From the NCBI GenBank assembly GCA_015680685.1, contig MNCI01001992.1, positions 395,077-459,076 of the forward strand: a stretch of 64,000 nucleotides of DNA, read 5' to 3'. The notes beneath the pieces were generated by a model that saw only the letters and a program-made list of their open reading frames with translations, had not been told where the DNA came from and made no database searches. Shown here piece after piece: positions 53,734-64,000 of this stretch. Each line of letters opens with the position of its first letter. Position 1 is the stretch's first letter. This stretch comes from Gnetum montanum. Taxonomy: Eukaryota > Plantae > Gnetophyta. The position numbers and the translations under genes were made by a program.

Positions 53734-56700
53734 ATGGCGACCTCCTCCTCCTCTGCTGCTCCTTCTCTTTGCCTTCTTCTTTGTTTGTGCTTTTTCCTTC
53801 TCTTTTTCTTCTTCTTTGCTGCTGCTGTTGAAGCTCGCATCCATCATGATGGAGCTGTGAATGATATGAGAGCACTGATTCAATTTAAGAAATGCATCAC
53901 CAGCGATCCACTCTCTCTTCTCCACAATTGGGATGATCATGACGCCACTGCATGCAATTGGACTGGAATCAGCTGCTCCACCAAACACCAAGGCCGAGTT
54001 GTGGAGATTGTTCTGAACAATGCCGCTCTGCGTGGATCTCTCTCTCCCCACCTCTCCAACTTATCATTCCTGCAGGTACTTGACGTTTTTAATAACTCTT
54101 TATCTGGTACAATTCCACCATCCCTTGGTACACTGCGGAGGCTTAAACAGTTGAATCTATGTGATAATGAATTTGAAGGTGGGATTCCTTATCAGATAGG
54201 AAACCTTTCTTCGTTGCAGTTGCTTGGTCTGTGTACAAATTCCTTGGATGGTGACATTCCTCAGTCCCTTGCAACACTCAAAAACCTTAACCTGTTTGAT
54301 GTTTACCAAAATCGGTTGACTGGACAAATCCCTCCTTGGCTGGGAGCACTCCATAAACTTGAAATACTTGAGCTGGCTGAGAACAACATTCACGGCGTCA
54401 TTCCTGCTCAATTGGGCAACCTTTCTTTACTGCAAGATCTTAGCCTTGGACCCAATCATCTGAACGGTTTCATTCCTTGCTCACTTGCCAGTCTCTACCG
54501 TCTCACTGATGTTCTTCTTTACCAAAACAATCTGAGTGGAACCATTCCGTCCTGTTTACGCAACCTCACAGCTCTTATAAATCTAGAATTCTCTATTAAT
54601 AATTTGCATGGCGATCTTCCTACCTGGCTGGGCAGCTTTAACAAACTACAGTACTTGGGTTTATCTGTGAACGGATTCACGGGGAACATCCCACAGTCAT
54701 GGCACAATCTCACCGAACTCCAAGGCCTGGACTTGGCCAATAACAGATTGTCGGGAACACCATTGTCATGGTTGACAACACACTGGACAGAACTCATGAT
54801 TCTCAATCTCCAAGACAATTACTTCACCAGTGGAGTGAGGACACCTGGGCAGCCTATTCCAATCCTCCGAACTCTATCCAATTCCTCTCTTCTAACAGAT
54901 CTAGTAATAGATAACAACCTGTTAACGGGAACGTTACCGCCCAACTTTGGGAGGTCCTTGCCCGATCTTCAGCGTTTGAGTTTATCTGAAAATTTTATCT
55001 CTGGCGACATCCCTCCCAGCGTAGGAAACTTTTCATCTCTTTTGCAGCTTGATCTGAGTGGTAATGAAATCAGCGGTACCATTCCTACTCAAATTACAAA
55101 TGTGAAGTCACTGCAAAGCATTGATCTCGGAAGAAACAAGCTAAAAGGCCACGTTCCCACCGAGATATCTCTGTTGAACAAGTCACTTGGCTATCTCTAT
55201 CTCTCAAATAATATGTTGTCTGGTTCCATTCCCGTTGATATTGGAAAACTGGTCAATCTGCGAGGCCTGAAACTTAGTAGGAATCTGCTGTCAGGACAAA
55301 TTCCTTCAGAGATAGGAGACTGCCTTGTTCTGGAAGACCTTGTACTATCAGCAAACAATTTGTCTGGGTCAATTCCACCAGAAGTTGCCGGTCTCAAAAC
55401 CATTATATTCCATTTTGATTTGTCGGCAAATGGCCTGACAGGAGAAGTACCTCCGGGAATAGAAGGATTACAGATGGCACAATATATAGATCTTACAAGC
55501 AACCATCTTTATGGAAACATGGCATCTTACATGGATAGCTGGTTGGATGCCCGCCAAATCAATCTCAGTTTTAATCATTTCACCGGCAACATTTCCAAAT
55601 CAATTGGGAATAAGCTCACCCAACTTGAAAGCATAGATCTGTCTGGTAACAACTTCACTGGACCTCTGCCTACGTCCCTGTTCAATCATTCCAACCTCTA
55701 TTTTTTGAACGTTTCTTACAACTACTTTGATGGAGAAGTCCCTTGTATGCACAGTTCTTCCTCAAAAAAGCTAAGATTGACAAGATTGTTGTTTCTTGGT
55801 AATTTGAATTTATGTGGAAGATGTTTTGGCCTGAAAGCTTGTCTACCGTCTCCTTCTCAGGAACACAAGTCTTATTCTAAGAAAAACAGTATTCTGAAAA
55901 CTGTGCTTGGCATTCTAGGTGGGCTTTTATTGCTGGTTGTTGCAGCCATTTCCTTCTTTTTTAAAAGATCCAAGACATCCAAAGGGAAAAATCTATGGCT
56001 AAGCGAAAAATTCTTAAAGATATCTGTGGAGGAACTTCAAAGGGCAACTGAAAATTTCAGTGATTCAAACTTGGTAGGTGAAGGCAGCCATGGAAAGGTC
56101 TACAGGGGTGTTTTAACCTCCGGATTGCTGGTTGCTGTGAAACTTTTCACTTCTGCAACACAGACTGGAACTGAGAAAAACTTCAAAAAGGAATGTCATG
56201 CTTTAGGGAAAGTGAGACATCGCAACATTTTGAAGATCATCACTGTGGTCTGGTCTGAGGAATTAAAAGCCCTGGTAATGCCGTTAATGAGCCATGGAAA
56301 TCTCCATTTTCTTCTTCACAGTAGACAGGATGGTCAATTGACTCCATTAAGTTTCGCAATCAGAGTGAAAATATTAAGAGAGTTAGGGAAGGGGCTTAGT
56401 TATTTGCATCATGATTGTGAATTTCAGGTCATTCACTGTGACATTAAACCAGAGAATGTACTGTTGGATGATGAAATGACTGTCAAGCTCTCTGATTTTG
56501 GAATATCTAGACTGATTGGAGACTTTGATTATCCAACAGCATCATCTTCTCTTGCTGTGAAAGGCTCTATTGGTTACATTGCTCCAGGTATGCGTTTTTT
56601 ATTCTTACCTTTTCTACATATATATGCTCCTTGGATGATGAGGGGAAAACACTAAATTTCAAGCAATGATTTTTCAGAGTATGGAATTGGAGAAACAATA

Positions 56701-57156
56701 TCTGTGAAAGGTGATGTATACAGCTTTGGAGTGGTTACCTTGGAAGTCATCACAAGATTGAAGCCCACACATGACATGTTTTCAGGGGATCTCACACTGC
56801 CATTGTGGATCTCCATGGCCTTGCAAGGACAGTCAGCAGAGGTAAGAAGAGAGACAATTAAAGGTATTATAAAAATAGCAGATGAAAGTGGAGGAGGAAT
56901 TGAAATGGACAAAGATGAAGAATTGTCAATGGTGGAAAGCATTTTGATGCTTGGTCTAAGATGCACTTGCCAAAATGCTTCCATGAGGCCTAGCATGAAG
57001 GAAGTTGAGTCTTATCTACAATCAGCTGTTTTTCTGAATCCACAAGATCAAGGGACACTACCAAGAAACTTGGAAGAAGTTATTAGCATTGTAGAATCAC
57101 AGCCTCCTCTCCTTCGCAGAAGGGAAGAAGCTAAAAGTTCAACGTTTTCTTCTTAA
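53734..57156 (+). CDS. LRR receptor-like Ser/Thr kinase, subfamily XII type (FLS2/EFR/XA21-related), non-RD; join(53734..56587,56678..57156), 1110 aa
   Basis: Signal peptide, LRRNT cap (CNWTGISC), ~24 plant LRRs with a short island after LRR12, C-terminal Cys cap and a TM helix (VLGILGGLLLLVVAAISFFF). Kinase motifs GEGSHG, VAVK, HCDIKPEN, DFG, GSIGYIAP|EYG, GDVYSFG. The spliced CDS is 3333 nt with no internal stop. Confidence 0.95.
56588..56677 (+). other. Phase-1 intron (90 nt) at the conserved APE position of the kinase
   Basis: CCAG|GTATGC donor, CTAA branch-like site at ~56652 and TTTTCAG| acceptor; removal restores GYIAPEYG. Confidence 0.93.
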
Positions 57157-57168
57157 TGGTGATTCCAG

Positions 57169-57699
57169 GTAAGTGCTTTTTATAATAGATCAGACTATAG
57201 CTCTTGTATTTACATCAGTTAGCAAACTGTAAAAATGTCCTGTCAAACAATGATTCCCTGGTTATGCTTCGTTACATGTATGATTTAACCACTGTATCAG
57301 GTGGAAAGTTACCTCTGAAACGCTGACACAGTTCAGTGTATATTGATTTTAATTATTAAATTTCCTGATTACTTGCATATTGTCAGCCTCTTAGATCAGG
57401 TCTTGCTATTAGCTTATTCCCCTTCCAGGTTGTTCTGAAAACCCATATCCACATACATGTTCTTTCCTGAACTTTCTAACTTCCTAAATATTTGCAGTGA
57501 AGCACTATTATGCATCTCAAACCTGAAATCAGAAAATTTTACTGAAATGAAAGCATTTTCAACTTTGCATTCAGATGTTTGATTTTCAATCTAGTTTTTA
57601 AAACATTTTAACCCCTACCTCTTTGACAGCCCTAACCATTCCTAAAGTATTGTATTTGATTCATTTTATAGATTTTAAAGATAGATGTTTCCTGTGCAG
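57169..57699 (+). other. Probable 3' UTR intron of the receptor kinase gene (acceptor uncertain)
   Basis: Perfect CAG|GTAAGT donor 12 nt after the stop codon. Candidate acceptors end at 57428, 57497, 57699 (TTTCCTGTGCAG|G) and 57886. Confidence 0.5.
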
Positions 57700-58798
57700 G
57701 TTTAATGAAAAGAACAAGATGGGTCCATGTCAACTCGCACCAGCTTCAGTGAAATATCTGGAAAGATGAGCCTTCTATACTAGACCATGCCTATGCAAAT
57801 GAAAACATTATATTTTCCTTTGCCTATCAAAAATAAATACTTTCATGTTGATGTAGGGAAATTGATTCTGGTTTTTTCTCTTTCAGAGTTCTGGGCTAGG
57901 GTGATCATTTTAGGCAAGTTCTAATTTACTGCGTGAGAATATTGTGTTAACTAATTTGATAGAGAAGCTTTAAGGTTTTCTTTTTCCTAAGTTTTTGTCT
58001 ATTTTATATATAATAATTCTATTTTAATTTTTGGATAAAGAAATTGTTTAATTGATGTAGAGATACAATACTATTTTTGCAAACGAAAATTGGTCTTTCA
58101 TTTTGCCAACTTGCCATTAATTCAGAATTTCTGTTTAGGGGATGGCTAGAAAAAGGAATTTACAACATAAATAATGCATTATTCTAACCATGGTACTCAA
58201 CCTTTGCATTGTCATAAGAGTTAAAATACATTATATAATGTTTTATGATATAATATAATAACTAGAGGGAGCCTTTAAAACTTTGGCTTGAATATTTAAG
58301 ACAAATCCTTCCATGTTTTCTAACAATTTATTCTGCTAATTTTTACTAGGTTTTTCAAATTACAACACACACAATCTATCTTTATCTATTGGACTTGAAA
58401 CCTCCTTTACTTCATTTATTACTCTCTAAAGAATTTATAAAGGAGTATTTACTTTGAATAGTTTCGATTGTTACTTAAAGTAACAAGTTAACGTGTCGTT
58501 GCTTGTCCAACCTCTATAGAGATTGAAGAGGGTACTTCTGTTGTACCAACCTTTTTATCATGCATTTTTATTTTGGTAATTGGAAATTTTTATTATAGAG
58601 ATTGATCCTATATCATAAAATGTGTTCATTCAAATTTTATGTTACATGCCTAGTAATCAAAGGTTTGTTTCAAGATTAATGATGTGATGCAAAAACATGA
58701 CATTTAACTCTTTTAATCAAGGTGTTATTTTGGATTTGTTTTACTTGTTAAGTTAAGCAATGTTTCAATGGTGCATGTCCTAAATATAATGTCATTTA

Positions 58799-59309
58799 TG
58801 TTGATTTCTTTGGATGTAACAAGATTTGAAAGAATTTTTTATCTTGTCGCTTTTTGGCAACTTTATATATTCGATGATGTGGGCAGCCCAACTAAGAAAA
58901 ACTAAATTTTATTTCATTTTATAGTTGTGATATCTTTGTGATCTGAATGAGTTTTTAGCTTATTCCAGGCTTTTTGGAAAGTTCATTCTATAATCTATAA
59001 GCCTATAAACTTTTAGCTTCATTGGAATTTATTTATAATTTAAATCTATCCTAAAAAGGGATCTTGAATAAAATTGTTCAGCATCTAGAATAGAAATTAG
59101 TGATTTGCAAGATGAATATCTCTGACATGAGAGAGTTATGGAAAGAGTGAATACTTGATACAAAGCTCTTTCAACAATCTACTTAAAAAACTTGGAATTG
59201 ATTTAAGTTGATTTGATTGTTAGAATCTATAACACAAAAGTGGCCTTGAATGTAATTGTTCAACTTCTTAGATTAATGAAATGTAAATATGATGAATTAG
59301 TGAAAGATC
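58799..59309 (-). repeat. Inverted partial LTR (3' half) of the same copia family as 59310..62762
   Basis: The reverse complement aligns with ~59840..60362 and ~62240..62762, including the ...ACATCCAAAGAAATCAACA terminus. Confidence 0.8.
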
Positions 59310-62300
59310 TATTGGTTCTAGTATGTACTTTGGAAACTCTTACTATACTCATTCTAAATGTCCATTTTGTGGTTTAGAAGCAAGACAAAGAAACAAATTT
59401 AACAAGCCCAAAGTCAAGGTAATAGAAGGCAATATCTATATATGGAAATATAGTAAAAGTACATAGTCAAAGCTCAAACCTTAGAAGAGATCAAGTGAAG
59501 CTTTTGTAAATAAGGACTAAAGCTATGTAATTTATATTTGAATTATAATGCCATATAAAACAACATAGGAAATTCTATTATTTTTAATTTTATTAAAAGA
59601 TTGATGGGTAGATGTACTTAAAAATGACTTCAATCTCTCATGTATCTTGAATTTTTAGCCCATTTTTTCATAAAATGGACTTGTTCTATCATATTCTAAT
59701 ATGGCCTTGTTATTTGGCTATAAATATATGAGAAAATTATGTTTATAAGTGAAGCAATTACACAATTTATCTCACAATCCCATATCCTCTTTATCATCTA
59801 CAATCCCATTTATAATTTCACAATTTATCCCATTACAAGTTCATTCATCATCAATTCATCATATTCATAAGTTTTCATTAATCAAAGAAGTTGAAAATTA
59901 TATTCAGGTCCACTTTTGTGTAACAAATTTTAATAATCAAATTAATTGAAATAATCTACAAACTTTGTAGATAGGTAGATTGTTGAAAGAGCTTTGTATT
60001 AAGTATTCATTCACTCCATAACTCTCTTAGATCACAAAGATATTCTTTTTGAAAGTTAGCAATTTCTATTTTAGACGTTGAATAGTTTTACTTCAAACCC
60101 ATTTTTCAAGCTAGATGTAGGTCATTAAATAAATTCAAAATAATCTAAAATTTTACAGACCGATAGATTGCAGAACAAGCTTTCTAACAAGTCTAAAATC
60201 AACATAAAATTCATTTGGATTATGAAGATATTACAATTCCAAAATAAAAAAAAGGTCAATTTTTCTTAGTTTAGCTATCCACATCAATCAATATATTGGG
60301 CTACTAAAAATTTGTAAAATAATTTTTTTTTCAAATCCTCATACATCCAAAAAAAATTTACAATTGGTATTAGAGCAAAAGATGAAGCCATGGGTGATAC
60401 AAGTAAGAACTTTCTAACATGTTCAATAATTTATGATGGTACTCAAAATTTTAAATTATGGTAGGAATTAACACAGGGACTATTATATCACAATGATGTT
60501 TGAAGTAACATGGACAAAGGTAGTGAAATTCCAATTTTTTTTTACAAAAATCTAAGAAAGAAATTCTAGAAAATAATTAAAGAAGAAGAATTTGCAAAAG
60601 ACATTATATGCAATTCAAATTGTGGAAGAACCAGAAATGTAATGCCAAAATTGAAGACTAGCAAGGAAATGTGGCAATTCATCTAAGAAAATATAAAGAC
60701 AAGAATGAAATAATTCAAACAAAATTAGAAACTACAAACAATCAATGAAGAGAAACTCATAGTTAAAAAACCAAGAAGAATGCAACAAAGAACAATACAA
60801 AAATTTAGAAGAGAAGCAAAGCAAGAAGTTAAAAATTGAAGGAGAGGCAACACCATCAAGAAAATAAGCAACCAATCTTTTATGCATTTTACCATTTAGA
60901 TAAAAAAATTACTTCAAACAAGTGGCTACTCGAAACCGGTTGTGGAAATCACATGGCTTCAAGAATTGATGACTTTATAGATGTATCATTTAGAAGAGGC
61001 CTTGGAAAACTATATTTTGAGGATGGAAGAGAACTCCATATTTTTCGAAAAGGTTCAATAAATATTAGTATGAAAGATAGAAATTATTTTGAAATTAGAA
61101 ATGTATTTTATGTTTCGAATCTTGAAAAATCCTATATATAAATTGACCAATGGACAAATAATGACTATAAATTAGTATTTGATAAAAACACATGCATCAT
61201 TTATGATGAGAACAATATGAAAGCCAAACTTGAGATGGTTGGGAATTAGATCTATTGCCTAGCAATAACTTCAAATTCAAAGAATTCAAGATATAGAAAA
61301 AATCAAAAGGTGCCTCTAAAAAATGAAAGAAAATTGAAGAAATAAAAGACCTAGAACATTACCTATACAACTTATTCAAAGACGAAAAGTAAGTTGTCTG
61401 TGCCACAATATTGAAGATTGAAGAAATACATGAAGAAAGGAAAGATGTTCACTCACCTTTGTCAAATTTCAAAGAATGTAAAGACGTTTCGACCACCTTA
61501 CCAAAGCAATAAAAAAAAAGGAAACTATAATTTAAAACAAGAAATAACTATTGAAGTTCAAAATTACCAAATAGAAGTTTAACAAAAGAGAGAAATAATA
61601 AAAAATGCTGATCAAGTTTCTAAAACAATTGAAGATTTGTTAAATTCAAAGACAAGCTACAACAACTCTAAAGTATATCCTAAAGGTGGGATTGTTGGTT
61701 CTAGTATGCACTTTGAAAACTCTTACTCCATTCATTCTAAATGCCCATGTTGTAATTTAGAAGCAAAACAAAGAAACTAATTTAACAAGCCCAAATTCAA
61801 GGTAATAAAAGGCCATATCTACATGTGGAAATATATTCAAAGTATGTAGTCAAAGTTCAAACCTTAAGAGAACATAAAGCTCAAGTGAAGCCAAAATAGG
61901 TTTTTTGTAAATAGGTACCAAAGGCATGTAATTTATATTTGAATTATTATGACACATAAAAAAGTATGGAAAGTTCTATTATTTTTACTTTTATTAAAAG
62001 ATTGATGAGCGGATGTAATTAGAAAATGGCCCCAATCTCTTATGTTTCTTGAATTTCTAGTCCAATTTTTCATAAAATAGGCTTGTCTCATCATATTCTA
62101 TTATGGCCTCATCATTTGGCTATAAATATGTGACCAAATCATATTTGTAAGTGAAGAAATTCTACAATTTATCCCATAATCTCATATCATATTTATCATC
62201 TACAATCCCATTCCCAATTTTACAATTTATTCTATTACAAGTTCATTCATCAATTCATCCTATCCACTAATTCTCATTAATCAAGGAGTTGAACAATCAC

Positions 62301-62762
62301 ATTTAAGACCACTCTTGTGTAACATATTTCAACCATCAAATCAACTCAAATTAATACTAAATTTTGTAGAAAGGTAGATTGTTGAAAAAGATTTGTATCA
62401 AATATTTACTCACTTCATAACTCTCTTGAACAGCAAAGATATTCTTTCTTGCAAAATAAAAATTTATATTCTAAATGCTAAACAATTTTTTCCAAGACCC
62501 TTCTTTAGGTCATATTTGAATGATCAAATAAAATCCACTTGATCTTACATTTTACAGGTTTATAGATTGTAGAATGAGCTTTTGAGGAAAGCTAAGATTA
62601 GCCTAAAACTCTTTAGGATCACGAAGATATCATGATTGTAAAATTAGAAAAAATTAGAATTTTTTTAAGTTGGGCCATCCACATCATCCGATATATTGGG
62701 CTATCAAAACTCTACGATTTAAAAAATTCTTTAAAATCTTTTTACATCCCCAAAAATCTATA
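59310..62762 (+). mobile_element. Non-autonomous Ty1/copia element (TR-GAG-like): LTR 59310..60362, PBS-Met, gag/protease remnants, PPT, LTR 61693..62762
   Basis: Two ~1.05-kb direct repeats; PBS TGGTATTAGAGC at 60365-60376; gag N-terminus IYDGTQNFKLW; protease WLLETGCGNHM...NVFYVSNL (ORF 60836..61141); PPT AAAGGTGGGA at 61682-61691. The internal region is only ~1.33 kb and no TSD is recognisable. Confidence 0.88.
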
Positions 62763-62905
62763 GGGTGTTAGCCTAGTGGTATGAGTCTTGGCCTAGTAAT
62801 TTCTAAGTCACTGGTTCAATTCTATTAGGTAGCATTAAGTTATAAACTTCTATAAATCTTGGGGTGTACCTATGTTTCAATTATTTTGGGTTTCAACACC
62901 TCCCA
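62763..62905 (+). repeat. tRNA-like (box A/box B) repeat
   Basis: TAGCCTAGTGG at 62769-62779 and GGTTCAATTC at 62813-62822; homologous copy at 33955..34110 (minus). Confidence 0.6.
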
Positions 62906-62913
62906 AATTTGAT

Positions 62914-63400
62914 TTATAACTCAACATTATTCACTAAAATCAAATTTATAACTTTTTTTTTATAATATTTACCCCTACATCCAAGATGTAGCACAATGGT
63001 CAAAACACTCATCTCTTGGTTAGGCAAGCGTTGTGCTACAGCCTCAATGTCTATTTTCTTTTTGTTTAAAAACAAAATATTTACCCCACATTGTACAGTC
63101 CTACCACCAAAATCAAATATATAACTCGGATCTTTCAAATCAAAAGTCTTACCACTTGGCTTATTTCTTCTTCTTTAATAAATAGCTTCAGAGATGGCAT
63201 TGTGGACAAGGCCAAATTTTGGAAAAAGCAAAGGGGTGTTCCTTCAACATATATACACATGTCCTAAGAATGTTAATACAGGACGTCTTGCTAAAGCTAA
63301 ACTTATCTAGGGATGGATTGATGTAGCATCCTCAAAAAGACAAGAGGATTAAGAGGACAAAAAAAGGGTCTGAAGCAGGGGATCCAAAAATACATCTATT
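62914..63400 (-). pseudogene. Degenerate reading frame, possibly a highly diverged copia RNase H C-terminus
   Basis: One frame extends ORF 62914..63138 upstream (LFEDATSIHP*ISLALARRPVLTFLGHVYIC*RNTPLLFPKFGLVHNAISEAIY*RRRNKPSG...) with a few stops that could each come from one C>T change. It ends just before a PPT-like GGGAGG|TGTTGAA junction at 62898. Confidence 0.3.
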
Positions 63401-64000
63401 GTTTTTGTTTTTTTTTTAAAGCAAAATTCGCCCAAACTACGAAATAAGTGTTAACTATATCAGGTTTCAGGTAAGGTTGGGAGAGGATCCCAAACGACAC
63501 CCCAAGACCATCATACTTTTAAAGAACTTAAAAACATATTGTCATTCACCCTTTACCTTGAAATACTAGAAGGATAAAATGCTTTTTGATTGAGAAGAAC
63601 ATTGATGACTTCAAATAAATACATACTCATAAAATTACTGTACTCATCCTATATGCTAGTTACATGGAATGCAATCTGGTTCACATGTATACCTGACAAT
63701 TCTAGATTTTAGCATTTACATTTAACAATTTATTGCCAAAGCACAAAATCATCAAAACAATTTTCCATGCATTGCTCCTACTTTTAGATCAATGATGACA
63801 ACATAATGCAGTTGATACTTGATACTCATCGATATTAGTTGACATTTGTGGTAGGAAGCTGAATATTGTCGTTATTATCATCTATATAAACATATCCATC
63901 AAGAATAGGCCAACAGATAATTTACAGATTTTGAAGCAATGCATAGTATAACAGAATGGTAAGAGAGCAGAGAACTGTTGAACTTTATCTCTTGCTCAAG

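Noticed and set aside
53734-56655. 973-aa ORF as a complete protein and 56704..57156 as a separate gene
   Set aside because: The ORF reads into the 90-nt intron; both are exons of one 1110-aa kinase.
53713-56996. Minus-strand ORFs overlapping the receptor kinase
   Set aside because: Shadow frames of the LRR/kinase codon pattern with no independent gene signals.
53734-57156. Gene symbol FLS2, EFR or XA21
   Set aside because: Only subfamily-level features are visible; orthology cannot be established without a phylogeny.
57241-57330. C/D box snoRNA candidate (TGTCA...ATGATT...CTGA...TGACA)
   Set aside because: Box C is imperfect and I could not identify an rRNA/snRNA antisense element; a snoscan/Infernal search would be needed.

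Overview
AT-rich eukaryotic nuclear DNA from a land plant. A seed-free vascular plant or gymnosperm is my guess from the LINE and LTR lineages, and I cannot prove it from this window. Most of the window is a nest of decayed retroelements showing methylation-type C>T/G>A decay. These include several Athila-like Ty3/gypsy copies (TGAT...ATCA LTRs, tRNA-Asp PBS), a chromovirus split into two halves, a Tat/Ogre-like element, a Tekay fragment, an L1-type LINE, a gag-protease-only Ty1/copia element and tRNA-derived SINE-like modules. The only intact gene is a two-exon LRR-XII-type non-RD receptor kinase (53734..56587 + 56678..57156, 1110 aa, about 24 LRRs). It sits in a CpG-retaining island with a duplicated promoter that carries W-boxes and CGCG boxes. 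The most notable unexplained structure is a decayed antisense gene inside the Tat/Ogre-like element, with at least four exons that splice in frame (48285..~49690, minus). Other notable points: a nested LTR pair whose halves lie in swapped order, three lineages reduced to gag+protease, LTR U3 regions with swapped repeat cassettes, and tRNA-like Pol III boxes next to PPT/LTR junctions. There is one assembly gap (N at 14052) flanked by an exact 142-bp duplication. TE boundaries not marked by TG/CA, PBS or PPT are approximate, and all identities were judged by eye.
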